In this document: piece after piece, positions 25,854 through 38,600 of the stretch
Position numbering within the stretch: position 1 is the first letter of the stretch
Layout of the letters: each line of letters begins with the position of its first letter
DNA from: Octopus sinensis
Lineage: Eukaryota
DNA: 64,000 bases
Direction of reading: 5' to 3'
Assembly (NCBI RefSeq): GCF_006345805.1
Contig: NC_042999.1
Location: forward strand, 5,022,001-5,086,000
Notes under the pieces: model-generated
What the model saw: only the letters and a program-made list of their open reading frames with translations
What the model was told of the DNA's origin: nothing
Database searches by the model: none
Translations under genes and position numbers: made by a program

Positions 25854-27222
25854 CAGACAAAACAATGTTATATTGAATACTTGTTATGACACACGTCAAA
25901 ATAATAAACAGAAAATAAATATTCAAATAAATAAATTTAAAAAATAAACAGGCGCAGGAGTGGCTGTGTGGTAAGTAGCTTGCTAACCAACCACATGGTC
26001 CCGGGTTCAGTCCCACTGCGTGGTATCTTGGGCAAGTATCTTCTGCTATAGCCCCGGGCCAACCAATGCCTTGTGAGTGGATTTGGTAGACGGAAACTGA
26101 AAGAAGCCTGTCATATATATGTATGTGTTTGTGTATCTGTGTTTGTCTCCCTAGCATTCCTTGACAACCGATGCTGGTGTGTTTACGTCCCCGTCACTTA
26201 GCGGTTCGGCAAAAGAGACCGATAAAATAAGTACTGGGCTTACAAAGAATAAGTCCCGGGGTCGATTTACTCGACTAAAGGCGGTGCTCCAGCATGGCCG
26301 CAGTCAAATGACTGAAACAAGTAAATGGGTAAAGAGTAAAAAGAGTATACGTATAAATGTCTAAATATATATGTATTATGCTATGTGTATACATGTAACG
26401 ACCTATGTGTATATGAGGATGATGTTGCATACATTTTTACATACATCCATTTTTCTCTCTCTGCTTATTCCTGTTCCTTTCTGTTGAAGAGCATAGGCTC
26501 GAAATGTAAAAGACTTTCTCACTTCCTGAGCATTAAACTAATACATCTGCTTGTTGTTTACACACCCGTCTTTGTCTTTTTTGTTTTATTTCTTTAGAAC
26601 CCCAGCCCACTCAAAAGTACCTTGGATTGTAGGGTGACATGCTGTGCTTGAGGAGACCTGTTGAGTCAAGGACATCAAATCAATATCAAATAGAAATTGT
26701 AGTTGTGATCCTTGTGCCGGTGGCACGTAAAAAGCACCATCCAAATGTGGCCGATGCCAGTGCCGCTTTGACTGTCTTCCGTGCCAGTGGCACATAAAAA
26801 GCACCAACTGATTGTGGTCATTGCCAGCCTCTTCTGGTCCCTGTGCCAGTGGCACATAAAAAGCACGCACTACACTCTCGGAGTGGTTGGCATTTGGAAG
26901 GACATCCAGCTGTAGAAACACTGCCAGATCAGACTGGAGCTTGGTGCGGCCTCCTGGCTTCCTAGACCCCAGTTGAACTATCCAAACCATGCCAGCATGG
27001 AAAACGGACGTTAAACGATGATGATGATGATGATAATAATATGCATATACAATAGGTTTATCTCAGTTCCCATCTACTTAATTCACTTAAAAGGTCTTGA
27101 CCAGCCTGCAGCTATGCAAGAAAAGAAGACACTTGCCCAAGATGCTGTGTAGTGGAACTGAACTCAATGCCATGTAGTTTGGAAAGAAACTTCTTACCAC
27201 ACAGTGATATCTATATTATGTT

Positions 27223-27263
<41 letters not shown>

Positions 27264-29384
27264 AAGTTAGTGAGCAGCTGAATGTGTATGTGCACAAATT
27301 CATTTCCTTGTTTCACCATAAACATCATCTGAGCAAAAGTCAATATTTTCTCCAATAAACAATTGTAAACAAAAGAGATGTGAAGACAATTATACAAGCG
27401 GATGGAGAGTGCTGGCACAGGTGCATCAATTTCCATCTTTTGTCACCATCAACAGGCCACTGAGATATAAACAGGTACAAATCAAAGAGGTACAGTTCAC
27501 TGCTGTCTATGAACAAGCTAATCTACAATGGGCAGGTGTTGTCAGTCCCCCCCCCCTCACTTGATCTTAGGATCAGTTTTCAATACAGTCAACATAACCT
27601 AGTTTCTCTCAACAATAGTACAAAGATACACACAAACACACACATCAAAGAAACAGGTTTGTCACTCACACTCTCAATAGTCATCAACAAAAAAACAACT
27701 AGAAACCTTCAAAATCAATATAAATGCTCGACCTTAGAATTGTTGCTGTTGTCATTTAACCCTTTCAGCCCGGCTGGTACATATCTGTACCAGTCAAACA
27801 TTTGACAACCCAAATCTTTGAAATTCCCACTCTATGTGATGCAGTATAGTACCACTGCGGTTTGTGAGAAGACCATGCTGTGTGTGAGAAGACCCGGCAA
27901 GACTAGTGAGACCATAACCGGTGGCCTCTACCTGGTATGTAGCCAGTCGACTTATACATACCTTTCCTTCTTGGGACACAAAACTCCACTTGTGAAGACC
28001 CGTTGAGGCAAGTGGAAATCAAAATCTAAATCAAACCAAATCAAATCCGATATCAGAAAGCAGAACCAAAATCGAAGTCGATCAACATCAATGGAAATTG
28101 CAGCTGTGATACCAGTGTCGGTGACAAGTAAGCAAACCATCCGATCGTGGCCGTTGCCAGCTCCGCCCCGACTAGCCTCCGTGCCGGTGGCACATAAAAA
28201 GCACCATCCGTCCGTGGCCGTTTGCCAGCTCCGTCTGGCACCTGTGCGGGTGGCACGTAAAAAGCACGGAGCCTGGAGCAGCCCCTGGCTTCCCAGACCC
28301 CAGTCAAACCGTCCAACCCGTGCTAGCGCGGAAAACGGAAGTTAAACGATGATGATGTATGTATGTATGTATGTATGTATGTATGTATTTGTGTGTCTGT
28401 GTTTGTTTCCCCGATGTTGTTGTGTTTACATCGCTGTAACCTAGTGGTTCGGCCATAAGAGACTGATAGAATAAGTACTAGGCTTACAAAGAATAAGTCC
28501 TGGGGTCCATTTGTTCGAGTAAAGGTGGTGCTCCAGCATGGCCGCAGTCAAATGACTGAAGTAAATAAAAGAAAACATGCACAAACATATACGACAGGCT
28601 CTTTACCGTTTCCATCTACCGAATCCACTCACAAAGCCTTGGCTGGCCTGGAGCTGCAGAAGAAGGAACTTGCCCAAGCTTCTCAGCCACGTAACCAAAC
28701 CTACAGCTTCGCCAAAAGCGAAACAAAATGTATGAAAATAACAAAAATAGCAAGAAAAAATGTGAAAAGAGATGAAGTTAAAAGAAAGAAAATAAGATGA
28801 AAACACGAGAAAAAAAACAGGAAGAAAAAAAATGAGTGGGCCATGGCTCCGTACGCTAAGCAGCTTACATCTCTGGTTTAGGTCACAGTTTGTTTAGTTG
28901 TATAACAACTCGTTCACCAATTATTAGAGGTGTGGTAGGTAAATTGGTAAGATATAGGTCAGAAAATAGAAACTCTACTGCAAGTATCGTCACATTATAG
29001 TTGCGGTCTGTTTGTAGTTTTAATTGCTTCGGTTGATCTCTCCTCCACTCCACTTCTACATCTAGGAATAACTAAGGAATGGAATTCGAAGAAGTTCACT
29101 TCGCAACCACGTGCTTTCAGGTTCGGTCCATTGTGTGGCATATTGGACAAGTGTTTTGTAATAATAGCCCCGGGTTAATTTTTAATCCATTGATCAAAAA
29201 GTTAGCATCGATAACCATTAATCAGTTAATTCTTTAAAAATGTAATGGAAGTTATTGATAAACCACTAACGTTAATTTCTAAGTAACGCTAAGTAACGGG
29301 GACATAAACACACCAGCATCGGTTGTCAAGCAATACTAGGGGAACAAACACAGACACGTAAACACACACACGCATATATATATA

Positions 29385-29432
<48 letters not shown>

Positions 29433-32146
29433 TATATATATATTATATACATACATACATATATACGACGGGCTTCATTCAGTTTCCGTCTGCCAAATCC
29501 ACTCACAAGGCTTTGGTCGGCCCGAGGCTATAGTAGAAGACACTTGGCCAAGGTGCCACGCAGTGGGATTGAACCCGGAACCATGTGGTTGGTAAACAAG
29601 CTACTTACCACACAGCCACTCCTGCATATAGACATATGATCTTTCTTAAATTCTACTCTGTTTGTTATTATTAAAGAATGTCTGGAAGACAGCTTAAGCT
29701 GAACCTATTGTCTTTTTGATTTTCGAAACTCTTCCCTCTCTCCCTTCCAGACGCCTCTGTATCATATTACTGAAGACAGTTAAACAAAAATCTCCGTGCA
29801 CAATGTGATGACTCACCAGCCTTCATTCACTCAATGAAAGACAATGTTTTCATTTATAAGCCTCTTCCAAAAGCTAAAGGTATCACACGATACATATCTA
29901 TGACGGCATATTTAAAAACATTAGAATTAGATCTTTGATCGAACGTCTGCTCTGAAAACAACAAACGATTTGCTTGTTTATGTTGTTACTAACGATAGCA
30001 AAGAGATATGATCTTACATGTCCACTTGCCAACGATAAAAGTCTATTTGAAAGCAGCAATATTGAATATCAGAGACGAAGTTAACAAATATAAAAAACCA
30101 TCATACACTTGTCAATAATTCTGATACACATGGGAGATGGTAGGGGTCACAGAGCTACAGATCTCATACACGTCTCATACAATTACAGTCTCTGTATTTT
30201 CTGAGTTCAAATCCGGCTAGATTCAACTGCTTTTCGTCTCTGATGGGACAATAAAACGTTTTTTTAAATCCTAGGTATGAGTGTGTGGTTAAGAAGATCG
30301 TCATGCAACCATGCAGATTGGGGTTCAGTCCTACTGCATGGTACTTTAGGAAAGGGTCTTCTGCAATAGCCCCAGATTGACCAAAGCTTTGTGAGTGGAT
30401 GTGATAGATGAAAACAGGGTGAGAGCCAGCACCGCCTGACTGGCGTCCGTGTTGGTGACACGTAAAAGCACCAACCGATCGTGGCCGTTTGCCAGCCTGC
30501 TCTGGCCCCTGTGCCAGTGACACGTAAAAAACACCCACTACACTCACGGAGTGGTTGACGTTAGGAAGGGCATCCAGCTGTAGAAAGTCTGCCAGATCAA
30601 GATTGGAGCCTGGTGCAGCCATCTGGTTCGCCAGCCCTCAGTCATTCGTCTAACCCATGCTAGCATGGAAAGCGGAAACACTGCAAATCAGACTAGAGCC
30701 TGGTGCAGCCTCCATGGTTTACCAGACCCTGGTTGAACTGTCCAACCCATGCTAGCATGGAAAACAGACGTTAAATGATGATAATGATATACACATCATC
30801 ATCATTTAATGTCTGTCAATATCATTCATTATTGGTGAGTAACCATACATTTTAATTTATTTTTTATTAAATTATTATTAAATATTATATAGGCATTTTT
30901 ATGGAGCACGTGCAATATTCGCAGGTGGTCAAGGAACGTAACCCTGCGAAGACCAGAGGGCACTACTGTATAACTAAAACTGACACTTGGTCAGTTACAG
31001 CGATGACGGTTCCAGTAGATCCAATCAATGGAACAGCCTGCTTGTGAAATTAACATACAAGTGGCTGAATACTCCACAGACATGTGCACCCTTAACATAG
31101 CTCTCAGGGTAATTCAGCGTGACACAGAATGTGACAAGGCCGGCCCTTTGAAAATCCAGTGGATTGGAACAATGGGAAATAAAGTGCCTTGCTCAAGGGT
31201 ACAATGCATCACCAAGAACCAAACCCATGACCTTATGATCCTCAGCCAAATAACGTAACCACTAAGTTTTATGCCTTGCTTCCCAACCACATGGTTCCGG
31301 GTTCAATCCCACTGCATTGCACCTTGGGCAAGTGTCTTCTACTATAGCCTTGGGCCGACCAAAGCCTTATGAGTGAATTTGGTAGATGGAAACTGAAAGA
31401 AGCCTGTCGTATATATGTATATATATATATAAATCGAAATCGAAATCGAATTGAACCAGCCAGGATCCCTGGTCTGGTGGTACGTAAAAAGCACTATCCG
31501 ACTCGTGGCCGATGCCAGCACCGCCTCGACTGGCTTCCGTGCCGGTGGCACATAAAATACACCAATCTGACCGTGGCCGTTGCCAGCCTCGCCTGGCACC
31601 TGTGCAGGTGGCACGTAAAAAGCACCCACTACACTCACGGAATGGTTGGCGTTAGGAAGGGCATCCAGCTGTAGAAACATTGCCAGATTAGACTGGAGCC
31701 TGGTGCAGCCTTCTGGCTTCCCAGATCCCCGGTCGAACCGTCCAACCCATGCTAGCATGGAGAACGGACGTTAAACGATGATGATGATGATATATAAAAT
31801 CAACTAATAAGGGTGAGCAAATTGGATACTAATTTAATAGTACATCCATTTAACACCAAGTGGCTTAGTGCATAAAAACCTGGATTACGATAAATTTTAT
31901 ACATAAATATAAGAGAGTAACCACTATGTGGTCGACTCTAGCACTAAAAATAGATCCGCTAGTAAAATTACATAATTTATTAAGAGCGAAACAATTGTCC
32001 TGAACTAATCTGCATTTTTGTTATTTTTATTTGCCCTATTCTTTTACGCTAATAGTCGTGCTTACTTTCATCGGAAACAATTCTTCGTGGCTGAAACCTA
32101 GCGGATCTATTTTTAGTGCTAGAGTCAACCACATAGTGGTTACTCT

Positions 32147-32189
<43 letters not shown>

Positions 32190-34407
32190 TTGTGTGTCCG
32201 TGATTGTCCTCCACCACCACCACCACCATCACTTGACAATTAATGTCGGTGTGTTTATGCCCCTGTCACTTAACAGTTCAGCAAAAGAGACCAATAGAAT
32301 AAGTACTAGGCTTACAAAGAATAAGACTTGGGGTCGATTTCTTCGACTAAAGGTGGTGCTCCAGCATGACCACAGTCAAATGACTGGAACAAGTAAAAGA
32401 ATAGAAGAATATATATATCTATTATATAAAATCCGTTCTGTCTGTCTGTCTGTGTGTCTTCTAGGATCTTGGGCATCCTCCATATGATTGTGCTCAAATT
32501 TGATATGTAGATACCAAGGGTATCAGGGCGTGTATAAATTTTGAAAAAATTACAAAAATCAATTCCAGGTGAGAATGCGATCGACAAGGCCGTGAGAAAG
32601 CGCATTTGTATGCGCAACTACATCAGCTGTTGCAATCGATACTACACGTACGCGAGAAAAATGCACGTGCAGTTTGCGCAAAAAAAGTTGGCAGGCTTGA
32701 AATAATGCCAGAAAATGCAGTATATTTAAGAGACCAAAAAAGTAAGATGCAAAAGAAGATATTTTCTTCAAACTTGCCATGAAGGAAGGAAAGACTATTT
32801 GGTTTCTGAAGAAGTTTTTTTTTTTTTTTGCCTTAACTTCGTTTAACAAAACCAAAAATTTTATTGAAATAAAGGCATGCTTAATTAATTTTTAATGAAA
32901 AGAAAACACTGATTGCTTTTTATTCAGCAGATATGATGCAGCACCGTCCATTGGACGGAGGGGGGGGGGTGCATTTTGCCTTATATATATGTATATATAT
33001 ATATACAGCAGGAGTGGCTGTGTGGTAAGTAGCTTGCTAACCAACCACATGGTTCCAGGTTCAGTCCCACTGCGTGGCATCTTGGGCAAGTGTCTTCTGC
33101 TATAGCCCCGGGCCGACCAATGCCTTGTGAGTGGATTTGGTAGACGGAAACTGAAAGAAGCCTGTCGTATATATGTATATATATATATGTATGTGTGTGT
33201 GTGTGTGTTTGTCCCCCTAGCATTGCTTGACAACTGATGCTGGTGTGTTTACGTCCCTGTCACTTAGCGGTTCGGCAAAAGAAACCGATAGAATAAGTAC
33301 TGGGCTTACAAAGAATAAGTCCCGGGGTCGATTTGCTCAACTAAAGGCGGTGCTCCAGCATGGCCACAGTCAAATGACTGAAACAAGTAAAAGAGTATAT
33401 ATATGTATACTCCGATCATTATATTTCACGATGGAAGTATTTGATTGAAAAGCACAAGGTGAGATGGGTGAATTGATTCGTCTCATGTATATGTATGTGA
33501 ATGTATCTATGCATATCTATGTATATGTATGTATATATATTCATATATATATATACTAATTATGGTGAATCTCACTGATGAGGACTGAGTATTAATTACA
33601 GAGCCTGAAACCGATTGATATGGAATTATCTATTTATCTGTCAAAAGGTAAGCTAAATTATTTTGCTCGTTTCCTCGCATTCACCTGGTGCAATAGAGTG
33701 AAATCGGTGGTTTAGAGTCTTTTATTACTAGCATGTTGGTACTATTTCCAAGTACCCTTCGTTCGTTATGATTATATATTTTATATGTAATTATAAATCT
33801 GTCTATCTATCTATCTATCTACATGCTGTTGCCAGCCTCGCCTGGCCCCCGTGCCGGTGGCACATAAAAAGCACCATCCAATCGTGGCCGTTTGCCAGCC
33901 TTGCCAGGCACTTGTGTCGATGGCACATAAAAAGCACCCACTACACTCATGGAGTGGTTGGCGTTAGGAAGGGCATCCAGCCGTAGAAACATTGCCAGAT
34001 CGAACTGGGCCTGGTGCAGCCTTCTGGCTTCCCAGACCCCAGTTGAACCATCCAACCCATGCTAGCATGGAAAGTGGACGCTAAACGATGATATATATAT
34101 CACCATGACTGACCAGGCTATCAGATGTTGCTACACATCGCTGGCCACAATGCGCTTCACATTGTATTAGCCTTCAAATAACGCCACCCTGCTGGGTAAG
34201 CGAGCAGGCCAACAGAAGAAAGAGTGAGAGAAAGTTGTGGCGAAAGAGTACAGCAGGGATCACCACCACCCCCTGCCAGAGTCTCGTGGATCTTTAGGTG
34301 TTTTCACTCACTAAACACTCACAACACCCGGTCTGGGAATTGAAACTGCGATCCTACAACCACGAGTCCACTGCCCTAACCACTGGATCATTGTGCCCCC
34401 ACACACA

Positions 34408-34452
<45 letters not shown>

Positions 34453-34767
34453 TATATATATACCGGAGTAAACACATAAATGTGAAACAAGGTGGAAAAA
34501 AGAGTACTCAAATACCAGTGGTAGAGTAATATGCTTTATTTAAAGCAGCAGAAAATTCAACAAAACCTGTTACTCTGAGTTTCCCGTTGCCGTTCATCGG
34601 AACAAAACCTGTTACTCTGAGTTTCCCGTTGCCGTTCATCGGACAGTTTTTGCTAGAATTGGATAGAATTGACATATCGGTTCCATTCTAGCAAAAACTG
34701 TCCAATGAACGGCAACGGGAAACTCAGGGTAACAGGCTTTGTTGAATTTTCTGCTGCTTTAAATAAA

Positions 34768-34804
<37 letters not shown>

Positions 34805-35081
34805 GGTCCCGGGTTGATTCGGGGTTAACCACAGTAAATAAGGTACTCAATACATAGCAGAGTAAAATTAATTTATTATATAGAAGGAGCTTCTACAGGA
34901 CTAGAACTGTTTCATTCAAGAGAAATCTTCAGGAAGCTAGTTAACAAGAATTGTATTGGCATTTATACATTTAGGCAGGTTTAAAGGGGTGTTGGTGGGG
35001 GACTTTTTGGGGGTAGGCATAGCGCAAAAATCATACTTGGGGGAGTGGTCAAGGAGTCAGTGTTAAATTAGATAGGAGAAT

Positions 35082-35115
<34 letters not shown>

Positions 35116-35196
35116 AAGTAAAAAATAAAAAATAAAAAATAAAAAAATAAAAAAAAATATAAAAAAATAAAAATAAAAATAAAAAAATAAAAATAT

Positions 35197-35231
<35 letters not shown>

Positions 35232-35240
35232 TCCCCCCTT

Positions 35241-35272
<32 letters not shown>

Positions 35273-35654
35273 TATTTTTTTTTTATTTTTTATTTTTTTT
35301 TTATTTTTTATTTTTTTTTTATTTTTTATTTTTTACTTTTTATTTTTTATTTTTTATTTTTTATTTTTATTTTTTTATATTTTTTTTTTATTTTTTATTT
35401 TTTATTTTTTATTTTTTATTTTTTATTTTTTATTTTTTATTTTTTATTTATTCTCCTATCTAATTTAACACTGACTCCTTGACCACTCCCCCAAGTATGA
35501 TTTTTGCGCTATGCCTACCCCCAAAAAGTCCCCCACCAACACCCCTTTAAACCTGCCTAAATGTATAAATGCCAATACAATTCTTGTTAACTAGCTTCCT
35601 GAAGATTTCTCTTGAATGAAACAGTTCTAGTCCTGTAGAAGCTCCTTCTATATA

Positions 35655-35685
<31 letters not shown>

Positions 35686-38600
35686 AACACACACACACAT
35701 ATAGTATTTCTTGTACTTATAAATTACTTATGCAAGCAGGTATCTTCTGTTAAAAAACACACAGAGAAACTTATGGAAGCATACAGAAAATTCAGTTCAG
35801 ACAATATTTAAAAACATGGAAGAAGCAAACACACACACACACATTTTGTTACAAACGCATTAGTAAAGTGAGATGCAAGGTAGAAGATACAAACCAGACA
35901 GCTGGTAAAGATTTGTAAGAATGGTTAATTTAATCACAAGAAAACTGGAAGAAGTTGGATCTGATACTTGGAAGAGTTACTAGCCATTTGTATATCTATA
36001 TATAAATTCAGCCATTTATATATATTTCCCCTTTTCATTCCCCATCCTCCAAATGTGTAGGGAACGGAAGGTGGTGTGTTCATGATAAAAATATTCCAAT
36101 GCAATTAGATATGAAATCATCATCATCATTTTAACATCTGCTTTTCTATGCTTGCATGGGTTGGTCAGAGTTTACTGACATGGATTTTCTACAGCTGGAT
36201 GCTCTTTCTGTCATCAATCCTCGTTTGTTTCTAAGTAAAGTAATATTTCCCCATGGCCAGACATGTTTTTGCGCAGGACTGGAAATGAGTGGTACTGCTT
36301 GTATGATAGTGACACTCATTTACAACAGTATCAATACAAAGAGGTACACACACTCACATGTATGTACAAATATTTACACACACACACACACACATGTATG
36401 TACAAATATTTACATACATACACACACACACACACATGTATATCAGGGGCCTTTTTTTCGGCTTTCATCAACCAAATCTACCCTCAAGGCTTTGGTTGGA
36501 TCAAACCTGTAGTAGAAGACACTTGACCAAGGTGCCAAACAATGAGGCTGAACCCCAAACCATGTGGTTAGCAAGCAAACATCTTAACCACCCAGCCACA
36601 AGTGCAGCTGGTATAAAATAGATATAGAAACAACCCATTACAAAAAGAAGAAAAAAACCCAATGACCAAATCTTCATGAAGAACAGCAAATATTTGAGTA
36701 ACAGAATCTGTTCCAAGTGTTTCTCTCTTGCAACTGTTGTTGTTGTTGTTGTTAGTTGCTGTCCTAAAAATAAAATTTCTCACTAATTCATCATCTCAGG
36801 TGTTTCACCTCAACAGGAGATTGGAAGACAAGCCAGGAAAACTAATTGCTTTTTACCTTCTTGTAACTTCATTCTAAAGTTGTTGCTTTAGAAAGCAGAG
36901 GTGTTCACCTGGGATGGGCTGAGCTGGCTCCAACCAATGAGTAGTTCATGTCTGGGGGTTTCAGTGGGAGCACAAGTTCACATGTAGTCCCCAGTCACGT
37001 GCATATACACTTTGGGATAGAGTTGATCTGTAGCAGCTCATCTTGTTATGATTGTCGACCGTCGCAGAGGGACCACTGACCAAATCACTGCCAATGATCA
37101 AAGCAGACATAGGCTGAGTTTGAAACAGGTTCTAGAGACATGCTTTAACAAAAGCTAAGGGGTGCCTCACTCCCAGTGGTCTTCCAGCATACCAGACGCC
37201 AACCCAGAATTTCTGAAGGCCCCTCCTATTATTAGATAGTCACTGAACCTACAGTAATTTGAGTGGTCATATAGAGGCTTCTTCATTCACTCTCAAGTAC
37301 TTGCACCAGAAAAAAGGTACCAATAAAATTAATTACTAGAATTATTTTTAAAAAATGATAAGATAAATATAATAAATAATATCTAAATTCGAAAATGTCT
37401 CTCACCAAGAAATGATGGTACAATGTCATACCATCATCAACATAAAACGTCCGTTTTCCATGCTGGCATGGATTGGAGGGTTTGACCAAGGCTGGTAAGC
37501 TGGAAGGTTGCACCAGGCTCCAGTCTGATCTGGCATGGTTTTCTACAGCTGGATGCCCTTCTTAATGCTGAGTCTTTTTCCATCTAACTCTGATGATGGT
37601 TTAACTGGCCAAAACTTTGAAGTCACTGTCAATGATATTCTTGTATAACTACTCTGATATTCTAGTGCCAACCACTCTGAGAGTGGAATGGATGCTTTTA
37701 TGCACCACCAGCATGGGTGCCATTTGTGTGATACTGGTAACTGCTACGACAACAACTTTGCTCGGCTTGATGGGTCTTCTTCTCAAGCACAATGGTAAAA
37801 ATTATTAATGTTGTTCTCTTAAATATTTCTTTCAATGCTGTCTAAGTTTGAACCAAGACCTTTGGCATTATGTCCTGCTTGAGAAGAAAACCAATCAAGC
37901 CGAGCAAAGTCGCAGTCATGGCAGATACTGGTGTCATGCAAGTGACACTCATGCTGGTGGCACGTAAAGTGGTTGGTGTTAGGAAGGGCATCCAGCTGTA
38001 GAAAACCATGCCAAATTAGACTGGAGTCTGGTGCAACCTTCCAGCATGCCAGCCCTGGTCAAACTGTCCAACCCATGCCAAATCAGACTGGAGACTTCCA
38101 GCATGCCTGCCCAGTCAAACTGTCCAATCCATGCCAGCATGGACAACAGACATTAAATTATGATGATAATGATGATGAATATAAAGATAGTTGAAATGCT
38201 GCTTGGCATTTTTCCTGGGGTGCTAACAGTTCCGCCTGCTCACCCCCTTATGGTATTATGTGACCAAGCAAATATTTAATATTGGTTCTCAGATATTTTT
38301 ATTAACCTGGAGCAATTGCCTTTACCTATATTCAATAGCTAAATAAATAGGAAAAGCATTTAAAAATAATAATAATAATAATGAAATTATTGTATACAGT
38401 GTAGGCGCAGGAGTAGCTGTGTGGTAAGTAGCTTGCTAACCAACCACATGGTTCCGGGTTCAGTCCCACTGCGTGGCATCTTGAGCAAGTGTCTTCTGCT
38501 ATAGCCCCGATGCCGACCAATGCCTTGTGAGTGGATTTGGTAGACGGAAACTGAAAGAAGCCTGTCATATATATGTATATATATGTATGTGTATGTGTTT

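Larger units (their letters stand above)
34801..35660. mobile_element. Penelope-like terminal-repeat fragment (family H2) in a perfect inverted repeat
   Basis: Arms 34871-35080 and 35451-35660 are exact 210-bp reverse complements around an A-rich / TA / T-rich centre. The left copy extends past AATAAA to 34801. Each arm has a hammerhead. Confidence 0.65.

Noticed and set aside
26478-26520. TTGAAGA-GCATAGGCTC-GAAATGTA (also 29687-29716 and 37590-37624): hammerhead-like relics
   Set aside because: Each has core substitutions and no convincing stem I, so none can be supported as a ribozyme without a family consensus.
34985-35045. Four G4-G5 runs (possible G-quadruplex) in the palindrome arm
   Set aside because: The last loop is ~25 nt, and the long perfect duplex would outcompete it; no independent support.
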